DNA of 64,000 nucleotides from Octopus vulgaris (Eukaryota). Of this stretch, positions 1 through 12,789 are shown one piece after another (position 1 is the first letter of the stretch; each line of letters begins with the position of its first letter). The notes below the pieces were generated by a model. The model saw only the letters and a program-made list of their open reading frames with translations. It was not told where the DNA came from and searched no databases. A program made the translations under genes and the position numbers. The stretch spans positions 95,914,001 through 95,978,000 of the forward strand of contig OX597821.1 in assembly GCA_951406725.2 (NCBI GenBank), in the 5' to 3' direction.

Positions 1-287
1 TTGTTTAATGTTGGTCATGTTAAATACACAGCTAATTAATTGATTTATACTACAAATTGTTAATCAGTTGTATGAACAACTGTGTGTGTGTGTGAGCATG
101 CACGTGCATGTACTAGTTTACTCATGTTAATAATTATAAAAAGACACACCCATTCCAAATAATTCACCTAGATTCATTAGGTGTGTGTGTGTCTGTGTAT
201 GTGTGTGTGAGTGTGTGTATGTGTGTGTGTGCCCATCTGTTTATGTATGTTGTATATGTATAAACTGTAGTTCATTACTTTATAACA

Positions 288-485
288 TCATCATCATCAT
301 CATCATCATCGTTTAACGTCCGCTTTCCATGCTAGCATGGGTTGGACGGTTCTCCCGGGGATCTGGGAAGCCAGGAGGCTGTACCAGGCTCCAGTCTTAT
401 CTGGCAATGTTTCTAAAGCTGGATGCCCTTCCAAACGCCAACCACTCCATGAGTGTAGTGGGTGCTTTTTATGTGCCACCCGCAC
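288..485 (-). mobile_element. 3' part of a SINE/retroposon (family D) ending in a (GAT)n tail
   Basis: Minus strand reads ...gagtggttggcgtttggaagggcatccagc...cccatgctagcatggaaagcggacgttaaacgatgatg; a related copy lies at 6375-6552. Confidence 0.7.
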
Positions 486-592
486 ATTGCGTAAAAAATG
501 TGTGATACAAAAAATAAGCTCTTGACTGAACACTTTCTGTTGTGTTGTGTTAATACTACCCAGTATTGTCGATTTCTTTCAGCATAGTCGTA

Positions 593-972
593 GCACTCCA
601 TCGGTTACGACGACGAGGGTTCCAGTTGATCCAATCAATAGAACAGCCTGCTCATGAAATTAATGTGCAAGTGGTTGAGCACTCCACAGACACGTGTGCC
701 CTTAATGTAGTTCTTGGGGGAGATTCAGCATGACACAGAGTGTGGCAAGTCTGGCTCTTTGAAATACAGGTTCAACAGAAACAGGAAGAAAGAGTGAGAG
801 AAAGTGGTGGTGAAAGAGTAGAGCAGGGTTCACCACTACCCCTTGTCACAGTCTCGTGGAGCTTTAGGTATTTTTGCTCAATAAACACTCAAAATGCCCG
901 GTCTTGTAATCAAAACTGTGACCCTACGACCACAAGTCCGCTGCCCTAACCACTGGGCTATTGTGACTCCAC
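593..972 (-). mobile_element. tRNA(Arg)-derived SINE family A, tail type 1 (octopus OR-like), diverged
   Basis: Reverse complement of the 30738-31120 consensus-like copy. Confidence 0.85.
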
Positions 973-1877
973 TTCAGTATAGTGAATTTAGGTGAATGTG
1001 AAACTTACTGTGTTTAGAGAGAAATTTTCGAATTATGCAGATTATGGCAAGCAACCAGTCTATATGCATATATGTGAATGTTAGCGTGTGTGTGTGTGTG
1101 CGTGTGTGCGTGTGTGTGTACACATACACACAGAGTATATATACATATGACACACACATGCACATGTATATCTGTTATCTATTATTTGTTTCAGTCATAA
1201 GTAGTTTCTGTCTATTAAGTCCACTCAGAAGCCTTTGGTCAAATTGAGGCTATAGTAGAAGACAATTGCCCAAGGTGCCATGCAGTGGAACTGATCCCGG
1301 AATCATGTGGTTGGGAAGCGAGCTTCTTATAAATATGGAGCAGTCTATGTCACTGTATATGTGGAAAATATATGTGTGCTTGTTAGTATTTTTGGGTTTT
1401 CACATCAATGGCTCAGATCTCATCAAGCATTCAATCAAGCAGTCCAAATGTTGGTATGAGTACTGGCACTGCTAACACATTCTGGGCCACTGTTTTATTG
1501 AATACAGAGAGTTCTGAGGTCCAAATTTTCTTTATTCAGATGTAATATTTTTAGTGGCACATGTTTTGTTACAGGTGCCATTGTAAGATATATTTTCATC
1601 TACTCCTAGATACCTATAACATTCTTCGTCAAATACAGGGGAGACAGTCAAATAATTGATAGAGATGTTACCGGTCTGGTTTATAGTTTCACCCCTTTTC
1701 ACAACCATATTACAACATTTATTCTGACCAAACTCTAACTCTACATCCTTTGAGAATGTTGTAACTAGGTCAAGGCTCTTTTTCATTTCATGCATTTGCT
1801 TTGCATAAAGTTTTAAGTATGTATGTATGTATGTATGTATGTTTGTATGTATGTATGTATGTATGTATGTATGCAGA

Positions 1878-2300
1878 TTTACTCTTTTACTCTTTTTACT
1901 CTTTTACTTGTTTCAGTCATCTGACTGTGGCCATACTGGAGCACCGCCTTTAATCGAGCAACTTGACCTCGGGACTTATTCTTTTGTAAGCCCAGTACTT
2001 ATTCTATCGGTCTCTTTTGCTGAACTGCTAAGTAACGGGGACATAAACATACCAGCATCGGTTGTCAAGCAATGCTAGGGGGACAAACACAGACACACAA
2101 ACACACACACGCATATATATATAGATACTTATATACGACGGGCTTCTTTCAGTTTCTGTCTACCAAATCCACTCACAAGGCTTTGGTCGGCCCGAGGCGA
2201 TAGTAGAAGACACACTTGACCAAGGTGCCACACAGTGGGACTGAACCTGGAACCATGTGGCTGGTAAACAAGCTACTTACCACACAGCCACCCCTGCGCC
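1878..2300 (-). mobile_element. SINE family B, full length
   Basis: Head ggcgcaggggtggctgtgtggtaag, B-box ggttcagtccc, internal TA/TG microsatellite, (gagtaaaa)n tail. Confidence 0.9.
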
Positions 2301-2506
2301 TATTTGTATGTTTTGTTTTATGCATGTATTCCCATGCGTATAGTTGCATGTCTAGACATGCTCATATATACTTAAAGGATAATGTAGTTATGGTTTCTTC
2401 TATAACTGCAGATAGAAAGAATCTGTTTTTCTGTTGAGCTGTTGTTTTCAGTTTGTTCCTCAGTTGTGTTGTTGATGTTGTGTCCAACCATGTTGTAAGT
2501 AGCAGT

Positions 2507-2892
2507 GGAGGCGCAATGGCCCAGTGGTTAGGGCAGCGGACTTGCGATCATAGGATCGCAGTTTCGATTCCCAGACTGGGCGTTGTGAGTGTTTATTGAG
2601 CGAAAACACCTAAAGGCTCCACGAGGCTCTGGCAGGGGATGGTGGTGATCCCTGCTGTTCTCTTTCACCACAACTTTCTCTTACTCTTACTTCCTGTTTC
2701 TGTTGTACCTGTATTTCAAAGGGGCCGGCCTTGTCACTCTCTGTGTCACGCTGAATATCTCCGAGAACTACGTTAAGGGTGCACGTGTCTGTGGAGTGCT
2801 CAGCCACTCACACGTTAATTTCACGAGCAGGCTGTTCCGTTGATTCGGATCAACCGGAACCCTCATCGTCGTAACCGACGGAGTGCTTTTCC
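2507..2892 (+). mobile_element. SINE family A, tail type 1
   Basis: A-box tggcccagtgg, B-box gtttcgattcc, ends gtaaccgacggagtgct. Confidence 0.9.
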
Positions 2893-3106
2893 CAGTAACT
2901 CTCTGCATGGTAAATTCAAGTTTCAGTTGGTCTTATATAACAAGCTCCTTCACTTGATTCGCTTGTATCACCAGTTATTTAACAAAGCTGACAATTGCGG
3001 CTTCAAAATGGGAAATAGTATTCATTGTATTTATAATAAATAGTTTCCCACGCGAAAGACATGACTTGTCGCTTCCGGTTGCAGTTTATTTGTGTATGCA
3101 AGTAAG

Positions 3107-3530
3107 TAAGTATGTATGTATGTATGTATGTATGTATGTATGTATGTATGTATGTATGTATGTATGTATGTATGTATGTATGTATGTATGTATGTATGTA
3201 TGTATGTATGTATGTATGTATGTATGTATGTATGTATGTATGTATGTATGTATGTATGTATGTATGTATGTATGTATGTATGTATGTATGTATGTATGTA
3301 TGTATGTATGTATGTATGTATGTATGTATGTATGTATGTATGTATGTATGTATGTATGTATGTATGTATGTATGTATGTATGTATGTATGTATGTATGTA
3401 TGTATGTATGTATGTAGGTATGTATGTATGTATGTATGTGTGTGTGTATGTATGTATGTATGTATGTATGTATGTATGTATGCATGTTTGTATGTATGTA
3501 TGTATGTTTGTATGTATGTATGTATGTATG

Positions 3531-3563
<33 letters not shown>

Positions 3564-3646
3564 TTGTATGTATGTATGTATATATGTATGTATGTATCTA
3601 TGTATGTGTGTGTGTATGTATGTATGTATGTGTGTGTATGTGTATG

Positions 3647-3680
<34 letters not shown>

Positions 3681-3726
3681 TGTGTGTATATATGTATGTA
3701 TGTATGTATTTATGTATGTATGTGTG

Positions 3727-3760
<34 letters not shown>

Positions 3761-4135
3761 TGTATGTATGTATGCATGTGTGTGTGTATATATGTATGTA
3801 TGTATGTATTTATGTATGTATGTATCTGTGAATGTATGTATGTATGAATGTATGTATGTATGCATGTATACATGTATGTATGTATGTATGTATGTATGTA
3901 TGTATGTATGCATGTGTGTGTGTATATATGTATGTATGTATGTATTTATGTATGTATGTATGTGTGAATGTATGTATGCATGTATGTGTGTATGTATGTA
4001 TGTATGTATGTATGTATGTATGTATGTATGTATGTATGCATGTGTGTGTGTATATATGTATGTATGTATGTATGTATTTATGTATGTATGTATGTATGTA
4101 TGTATGAATGTATGTATGTATGTATGTATGTATGT
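3107..4135. repeat. ~1 kb (TATG)n microsatellite, pure at left, degenerate with higher-order units at right
   Basis: Direct reading; source of the MYVC/HTYI ORFs. Confidence 0.98.
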
Positions 4136-4273
4136 TGTCATTGTTTAGTTTTATTTCATGACTACTTGCCAACAGAGGAAGTCGGTTTCTCACCTAGATT
4201 CAAGACTCCTTCATTGGAATTTCTATATCAAAAATAGGGTATTTTTGTTTGTATGTATATGTGCAGATTTGTA

Positions 4274-4481
4274 TACTCTTTACTTGTTTCAGTCATTTGA
4301 CTGTGGCCATGCTGGAGCACTGCCCTTAGTCGAGCAAATCGACCACAGGACTTATTCTTTGTAAGCCCAGTACTTATTCTATAGGTCTCTTTTGCCGAAC
4401 CGCTAAGTGACGGGGACGTAAACACACCAGCATCGGTTGTCAAGCAATGCTAGGGGGACAAACACAGACACACAAACACAT

Positions 4482-4512
<31 letters not shown>

Positions 4513-4679
4513 CGTATATACAACAGGCTTCTTTCAGTTTCCGTCTACCAAATCCACTCACAAGGCATTGGTCGGCCCGGGGCTATAGCAGAAGACACTT
4601 GCCCGAGATGCCACGCAGTGGGACTGAACCCGGAACCATGTGGTTGGTTAGCAAGTTACTTACCACACAACCACTCCTG
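4274..4679 (-). mobile_element. SINE family B
   Basis: Near-identical to 32750-33143 in reverse orientation. Confidence 0.9.
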
Positions 4680-4744
4680 TATGTTTTGCTTTATGTATGT
4701 ATTCCCATGCATATACTTGCATATTTAGACATGGTCATATATAT

Positions 4745-5900
4745 TTAAATTATAAACTTCTGGAAAGTTTTACAGATTTTTTGAGTTCCAATGACGGATT
4801 GGATCTGTAGTCTTCGAATTAGCTTTCTTTCTGGTTTTGAGAAGCCTAATTTCTCAAGATTTAGGCAGTGAGTTACATATCCCAGGGCCCCAATAATTAC
4901 AGGTATAACCCTGAACTTGCAATCTGAATAGAGTAACAGCAGATTTCTCAATAGTTCAGCATAGGTGTTCCCTTTTTCATTCAGCTTTATGTTAACATCT
5001 GTTGGGAAGCTAATTTCCACAACTGTACACAGTTTCTGTTCTTAGTCTCAAATCATCATATCAGGTCTGTTGTACTTGCATTTTATTGAGGTCTTCACTG
5101 GTACATTCCACCAGTATTCCTTTTTACTATGAGGGGCTACGGCTTCTACCATATTGTGAGTTTTTATTTCTTTATCCTCGGGATTATCCTTCTGACAGAT
5201 TTCATTATAGAGTGTCCTAGCTACAGTGTCATATCTCATCGGTAGATAATACTGGGATGATATTTTCAGACACTTGCTTATGATGTTGGTGACATCTTCA
5301 GTGTGAACTCTACAAAGTCTGCATTGGTTGTCACATTTTACGGCTTTTTCTGCATCTCTATCCCTTTTGTGCATCAGATACTTGGTTGATATATCCTGTT
5401 CCTGGATTGCAAATGTGCATACCTACATGTATGTATGTTCTGTTCAGGAGGCACAATGGCCCAGTGGTCAGGGCAGCGGACTCGCGATCATAGGATCGCG
5501 GTTTCAATTCCCAGACCGGGCGTTGTGAGTGTTTATTGAGCGAAAACACCTAAAAGCTCCACGAGGCTCCGGCAGGGGATGGTGGTGATCCCTGCTGTAC
5601 TCTTTCACCACAACTTTCTCTCACTCTTACTTCCTGTTTCTGTTGTACCTGTATTTCAAAGGGCCAGCCTTGTCACTCTCTGTGTCACGCTGAATATCCC
5701 CGAGAACTACGTTATGGGTACACGTGTCTGTGGAGTGCTCAGCCACTTACACATTAATTTCACGAGCAGGCTGTTCCATTGATCCAGATCAACCAGAACC
5801 CTCGTTGTCATAACCGACGGAGTGCTTCCATCCATCATGTTCTGTTCTGTATTTAATTATTTAAATTCTTCCTCTGATTTTCTAGCAAAGATACCAAGTT
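4745..5900 (-). mobile_element. R4/Dong-clade LINE C-terminus: zinc knuckle and restriction-like endonuclease (pseudogenised)
   Basis: FAIQEQDISTKY...CRLCRVHTEDVTNIISKC...EYWWN...NRPDMMI...EISFP...PVIIGALG; interrupted by the SINE at 5447-5836. Confidence 0.85.
5447..5836 (+). mobile_element. SINE family A, tail type 1, with 11-bp target-site duplication atgttctgttc
   Basis: Consensus match; duplicated target on both sides. Confidence 0.92.
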
Positions 5901-6004
5901 TCATCATTAGAATATAGATAACAAATACATTGCCATATTTTAAACTTGAGAAAAGTCTTTTATATTTTTACTCTTCCACTTATAGATGGTATTTTTAATG
6001 TATG

Positions 6005-6370
6005 AATTAGTTAATTGATTGCTTTTTCTGAAAACCTTAGCTTATCCAGATTGTCACCAAGTGCACCAATCATTGTTGGCATAAATGTGAGTTTACAATC
6101 TGGATATAGTAGTTGTCTATGGATATCTTCTTCCTCCTTGATCTTCAAAGAGATACTCACATCTGTCGGACAGCTGCCCTCCCTAAAAAACAAAATTCAG
6201 TCTGTTATGTTTACACTTGACAGATGTCTTGATGGGAGTGTTCCACCAGTATTCTTTGTGCTGATATTTGTGTATGTTTTCAATAACAAGGGGATTCTTT
6301 ATATTCATTCCAGGATAATATTTTTTCCGAATACATTGTATATTATTTATTATTTATATTATATACATAC
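6005..6370 (-). mobile_element. Second, more decayed R4/Dong endonuclease fragment
   Basis: SCPTDVSISLKI...PTMIGALG, plus an EYWW-coding ccaccagtattc stretch shared with ~5108. Confidence 0.65.
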
Positions 6371-6374
6371 ATAC

Positions 6375-6552
6375 ATCATCATCATCATCATTTAATGTCA
6401 GCTTTCCATGCTAGCATGGGTTGGACGATTTGACTGAGGTCTGGCGAACCAGACTCCAATCTGATCTGGCAGAGTTTCTACAGTTGGATGCCCTTCCTAA
6501 CGCCAACCACTCTGAGAGTGTAGTGGGTGCTTTTACGTGCCACCGGCACGAG
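6375..6552 (-). mobile_element. 3' part of SINE/retroposon family D
   Basis: Matches 288-485. Confidence 0.75.
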
Positions 6553-6603
6553 GGCAAGTATATGTATATATATACATACATGCATATATATATACATACA
6601 GTA

Positions 6604-7183
6604 TACCTCATCCCATGTCTTCCTGGGTCTACCTCTCCCCCTGATACCTTCAACTGTTAGGGAGCGGCACTTCTTCACACATCTCTCCTCATCCATCCAC
6701 AGTACATGACCATCGCAAGCGTCACTCTTGCACACCACATCTGATGCTTCTTATGTCCAGCATTTCTCTCAGGGTGCTTACACTCTGTCGTGCGCGCACA
6801 CTGACATTACACATCCAGCGGATCAGGCTAGCTTCATTTCTTTCAAGTCTACGCATGTCCTCTGCAGTCACGGCCTATGTTTCACTACCGTGAAGCATGG
6901 CAGTTTGCACACATGCATCATTGAATCTACCTTTCGCTCTGAGCGAGAGACCCTTTGTCGCCAGTAAGGGGTAGGAGCTTTCTAAACTTTGCCCAGGCTA
7001 TTCGTATTCTAGTGGTGACACTCTCTGAGCATCCACATCCACTACTAACTTGGTCACCCAGGTAGTGGAAACTATCAACTACTTCTAGTTTCTCCCCATG
7101 GAGTGTGATGGAATCTGTTTTCTGAGTATCTGTGGTGTCTATTGTCCCTGAGCATCTGCCGCACATGAAAGCTATGTTATCAG

Positions 7184-7185
<2 letters not shown>
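6604..7185 (-). mobile_element. RTE-clade LINE, 3' ORF fragment
   Basis: EKLEVVDSFHYLG...RIRIAWAKFRKLLPL and GHVLWMDEERCVKK...GRGRPRKTWDEV. Confidence 0.85.
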
Positions 7186-7234
<49 letters not shown>

Positions 7235-7616
7235 TATGTGGGCAGAGGACGTCATGAAATGTGTACAACAAGAAAGTATGAAGCACAAGTACGTGGAACA
7301 TGAACTATTCTTTCAAACAACAAAAAACACGAATGGAAAACAAAACAAACAACATAAAGAACGACCCTTCATCAGTTGTTGGCTTTTTTTCTAGTCTCGT
7401 AAGTGACATCTTGGGCAAGTGTCTTCTATTATAGCGTTGGGCCGATTAAAGCCTTGTGAGTAGATTGGTACACAGAAACTGAAAGAAGCCCGTTGTATAC
7501 ATACATTCTTTGCGCTGATATTTGTGTATGTTTTCAATAACAAGGGGATTCTTTATATTCATTCCAGGACAATATTTTTTCCGAATGCATTGTATATCGT
7601 TTATCATTTATATTAT

Positions 7617-7647
<31 letters not shown>

Positions 7648-8164
7648 TACACATATATGTATATATATATGCATATATATATATACATGTATATATATAT
7701 ATATACATAGATATTTATATATATATATAGATAGATATATATACATATATGTATATATATATATGTATATATTTGTATACATACATAGATACATACATAC
7801 ATACGTGCTAGGTCGTGGTTGTATGTGTATGGCCACGGGGGACTAATTCTGACGTGTAAGGTTCGGGATGTTTGCATAGGGATAATCAGTGCAGTACAAC
7901 AGCACCGTAGAATTTCCGAGAGCAAAGCGATGAATGTGACGGCAAAGAGAAAGTGAAAGATAGATAATAAGAAAAACAAAGAAAATGGGAGGGAAAGAGA
8001 GGAAGAAAGCGCTGAAAAAATAACAAAAAAACAAAGGAAAATAAATGATATGTAACTTAAATGCAGCTTGCCCAACATCAGTGTAGGTGAGTTGCTTCCC
8101 TTTATATGATATTCTAGCTCTTGTGTGTGTGTGCGTGCGTGTGTGTCTGTGTATGAGTGCGTGT

Positions 8165-8195
<31 letters not shown>

Positions 8196-8450
8196 AAAGA
8201 GAGAGAGCTACAACAAACTCGCCCCTTGAACTGAAGACAAGGGAAGACAAACGATGTTTAACTATGATGCTGTAATGCTGTTTGCTCAACGCCAACGAAT
8301 GGAGTCACCTCCCTTGATGTAAACAGCCCTGACTGACGCTCGTATGACTCTGCGAGGTTTCCTTTTGTAAGGCCGAGTTAAATTATTTGGATTTTAAATT
8401 TCTTCTGACCAGAAACTTTTCTAATTTTCACTAGATTATTTAAAGAGAAA

Positions 8451-8890
8451 GGATCTTTTAGGTTTGACCAGCAGTTTTTAAAAATAATTTCCACGTAACT
8501 AAACACTTTTAGACTTCGTACACTGGTAGAATGTGTTTATAAAACATCTTTTTCTCTTGGCTTTATTGAGAAAATCCTATAGTTTGTAAGATATTTGTTG
8601 TTTTTTCTTCAATTTCTGCAATTTCAACCAATCAATGACGTCTATTGAGGAAAAAAAACATTCTGTGCCGTATGAATATGTCCTTCGTTTAAGAAACAGA
8701 TTGGGTTTATTTACATTTCTGAAGAAAAAAAGATACCCTTCCCCTCACCCCTAACCCTAACTAACCCTAACTCTAACCCTAATCCTAAAACAGATTGAAA
8801 TGCAATAGATCGATACTAGGGTCATAATTATGGGTGACAATTTCATATGACACTGCTGGAAAAAAACTGCCGGTCAAACCGAAAAGATCC
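8451..8890 (+). mobile_element. MITE with 28-bp TIRs, 8-bp TSD (aagagaaa) and internal CCCTAA repeats
   Basis: ggatcttttaggtttgaccagcagtttt ... aaaactgccggtcaaaccgaaaagatcc; TSD at 8443-8450 and 8891-8898. Confidence 0.9.
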
Positions 8891-9693
8891 AAGAGAAAAA
8901 TTGTTTTCATGCTGATGACGAAATTCGCATTCATTTTTCTAAAAAAAATTACAAGCAATTTAAGTTATGTAATTTTAGCCAAACTAAAAATCTCTCCAGG
9001 AAAAACTCAATATATTACAGTCACTATCTTATACTGCGACAGATTTGTTTCTTACATGAATAGAGACCTCATGAACAATTAGGATTTAAATATTGAGTTA
9101 ACGTTGTTGATTCATCTGTGAGTCGTGATCGAGCAGTCTTGTAGTCAAAGGTATTCTATCTTTGAGCATTCCTTTCTTCCCTCGGATAGTGTACATCTAG
9201 GACAACTTTGTCTAATGTCCCTCTCTTTTCAAAATAGATTGTAATTTGAGAGAAAATTTGGCGGCTGTATATTTAGGGCGTCGAGTGACTGCTTAGAGGT
9301 TCCTTTAGTAGGTGTAATCTTCAGATTTCGAAATAATAATCATAAAAAGTTATACCACATCTGTCGGTAACTACTTCATAATCGTCAAGTTCGATTTCTT
9401 TGCCCGTTGTTATGTGCGTGGTAGTGCGTACACACACGCGGAGTAGAAATTTATATGAAGGGAAGTAACTCTTGTTGACGATAAGCAAGCTACACTTAAG
9501 ATAATAAGATATCATTTGTCTTTCCTTAGTTTTCATCTCTCTTTCTATTACACACACATACACTCACACACGCAAAGACGCACGCACGCACAAACACAAT
9601 CCCGTTCAATTTCTTTTTTTGTCGTTTTTTTTTTTGCATTATTTCTCATTTCGTGCTCTCCCCTATTATATTTTCCCGCAACGACGACCACCA

Positions 9694-10345
<652 letters not shown>

Positions 10346-10958
10346 AAATGCAGAAGCATGTCTGTTTGATTAAGAAGTTCACTTCGAAACCACATAATTT
10401 CGACTTTCCTTCCCTTTGCAAGGAAACAATACTGGGAAGTACATTTAGAGAAGAGAAATTCATGTTGAATTATCAAAGTTTGAAATCCAATTCTCATGGG
10501 TGACGTAGGAAACTGTTAACCAATGAAACTATCGTGAGAAATGGAACCAATCAGGATGTGATCCTTTCTCAGAACGGCATAGGTTTGTTTCCATCCCCAG
10601 TCAATTTCCGTTTGTGAGAGGGCCATAATGCTGGAGTGTGTTCTGACAATATGTAAGTCTTCTTTTGTATAACATGCCCGGCGGCAAAACCAAGTCCTAA
10701 TTATCCTGATACGCTAAAACATTAACGCACAACTGCATCACTGCAATGAAAATGAACAGCACGTTGCACCATATTGCTTTGCTTTGATTGAGAATGGCAA
10801 GAAAGGAAAATATTGGCGCATAAACAGAGGAAAGCTGAGACCAAATATTCTGTACAGGTGGATTTGATTTCACAATTTGAATTCAGAAGCCATATTGTAA
10901 TAACAAAAAAAAAAAAAAAAAAAAAATCGCCCTCCGCCAAAACCCCCAAGAAACTTAC

Positions 10959-10973
10959 CTCTTATTGCGTCGT
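10959..10973 (-). CDS. Candidate 15-nt microexon of an unidentified gene
   Basis: cttttttgtcacaccag|ACGACGCAATAAGAG|gtaagt: consensus donor, AG acceptor, frame-preserving length, inside ~800 bp of non-repetitive sequence. Confidence 0.45.
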
Positions 10974-11275
10974 CTGGTGTGACAAAAAAGATGATTGATG
11001 AATTGACAATGCCTTGGGAAGGCAATATAAAGTGGGATGATGAAAGAATGGGAACTAGTGAATCGTGTGACGCATCGAAAGAGCAATGTATAGTGCTGCA
11101 ATCTGAGGTAGCACCTTCCTCAAAGGAAGAATTTAAATAATTAAAAACAGGAGAAAACATACATACCAATATATATATATATATTGTATAATATGTGTAC
11201 ATATGTGTGTGTGCGTGCACGTATGTATGTGTATTTTATATATATATATGTATGTGTATATATATATATATATAT

Positions 11276-11328
<53 letters not shown>

Positions 11329-11472
11329 ATGTGTATGTGTGTATGCATATGTTTGTGTATCTGTGTTTGTTCCCCCCACCAACATCGCCTGACAACCGAT
11401 GCTGGTGTGTTTACGTCCCTGTAACTTAGCGGTTCAACAAAAGTGAATAGGCTTACAAATAAAAGAAGAAAA

Positions 11473-11513
<41 letters not shown>

Positions 11514-11516
<3 letters not shown>

Positions 11517-12555
11517 GGGTGAACAAAATAATAGAAACACCTTAAAATTTCAAACAAATTAATTTTAATATGGGGTAGGATCGCATTTGGCAGTAATTAC
11601 AGCTTGAATTCTACGAGGTATGGACTTGTACAAAGTTTCAATTGTTTCCAAAGAAATTTTTGTCCATTTTTCAGTTAAAACAGTCTCCAGTTCTTGTAGT
11701 GACGATGGTGGTGGATATTGACTCCTTACTTGTTTTTCTAAAATGCACCACAAATGTTCAATAATATTGAGATCGGGGGACTATGGTAACCAGATAAGAT
11801 GTTCAACTTCACTTGAATGTTCCTCCTGCCATTCAGTAACATCTTTAGCTGTGTGAATTTGTGCATTATCATCTTGAAAGATTACGTTTCATCTGGAAAC
11901 AGTTCCGCAACCATAGGATGAATTTGATCAAATAAAATGCTTAGATAGTCTTGACTATTAATTCTGCCATGAAGGGAAACCATTGGGCCGGCGGATTTCG
12001 AAGATATAGCCCCTCCCTGATCATCACAGATCCTCTCCATGTTTAATAGTTGGAAGAAGACAGTCTGGGTCAAATCCTTCTTTTGGCTGTCTCCACACAT
12101 ATACTCGGCCGGTGGTCGGAAATAACTTAAAGGATGACTCGCCCGAAAAAATAACACTCTTCTGCTCTAGGTACCAATTCTGTAGGCTTTTACTCCACTC
12201 TAAATGCCTTGCAATGTTTGTTTTTGAAAGTAGTGGTTTTCTGATTGCAGCCCTCCCGTGAAATCCGGCCTTGTACCGCTCCTCGCGAACAGTTTTTGTG
12301 GAAACTGGGTTTTCGAAGTGGTGATTAAGTTCTGCTGTAATTTTGGGAGCTGTACTTTTGTGATACTTTCTAACAATTCGCATAAGAATCCGACGGTTCC
12401 TATATGAAAGTTTTGGTTTTCTTCCGGAGTTTTTTTTCGACGCGGAGGATTTTCCCTTTTTCTCAAAGGCTGTCATTACTTTCGCTTTCGAAACAGTACT
12501 TCTTGATACACCAAACATTTCGGCTGTTTTCGTTATGCTAGTACCTGCCATACAA
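11514..12555 (-). mobile_element. Tc1-family transposon with a frameshifted transposase; one TIR retained
   Basis: TA|caggggtgaacaaaataatagaaacacc; HTH region SITKTAEMFGVSRSTVSK; VIFSGESSF, FQDDNAQIH and SPDLNIIEHLW motifs. Confidence 0.92.
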
Positions 12556-12690
12556 GCATACCAGTCGCTCCATCATTACACGTCCACATTAAGATCGGGG
12601 AACCAGTTAGGGGCCCGCTGGATCTCTCTCGGCATACCAGCAAACCACAAAATCGCACCAGCCAGCATCACCACTACCATCAAGTCCGTC

Positions 12691-12721
<31 letters not shown>

Positions 12722-12789
12722 TGTATGTATGTATGTATGTATGTATGTATGTATGTATGTATGTATGTATGTATGTATGTATGTATGTA

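Larger units (their letters stand above)
500..3010 (-). mobile_element. Decayed R4/Dong-clade non-LTR retrotransposon (RT region), split by several SINE insertions
   Basis: Minus-strand peptides TTFSKDVELEFGQNKC...YRYLGVDE (1532-1795) and KIWTSELSVFNKTVAQNVLAVPVLIPTFGLL (~1440-1530) match RT and thumb motifs of restriction-like-endonuclease LINEs; outer pieces are weaker. Confidence 0.7.

Noticed and set aside
3003-4237. Long ORFs of MYVC/HTYI repeats (also 34000-35385 and many YIYI ORFs)
   Set aside because: Stop-free translations of (TATG)n, (CATA)n and (TA)n microsatellites
7805-7848. Minus-strand 38/44-nt exon ([14 protein letters not shown])
   Set aside because: Donor GTATGT is supplied by the adjacent microsatellite, the acceptor is weak and the length is not frame-preserving
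8748-8788. Telomere or chromosome-fusion scar
   Set aside because: Short, degenerate and inside a TIR/TSD-bounded MITE
10495-10560. Promoter (TGACGT plus two CCAAT boxes)
   Set aside because: Short motifs expected by chance, with no linked start site or first exon
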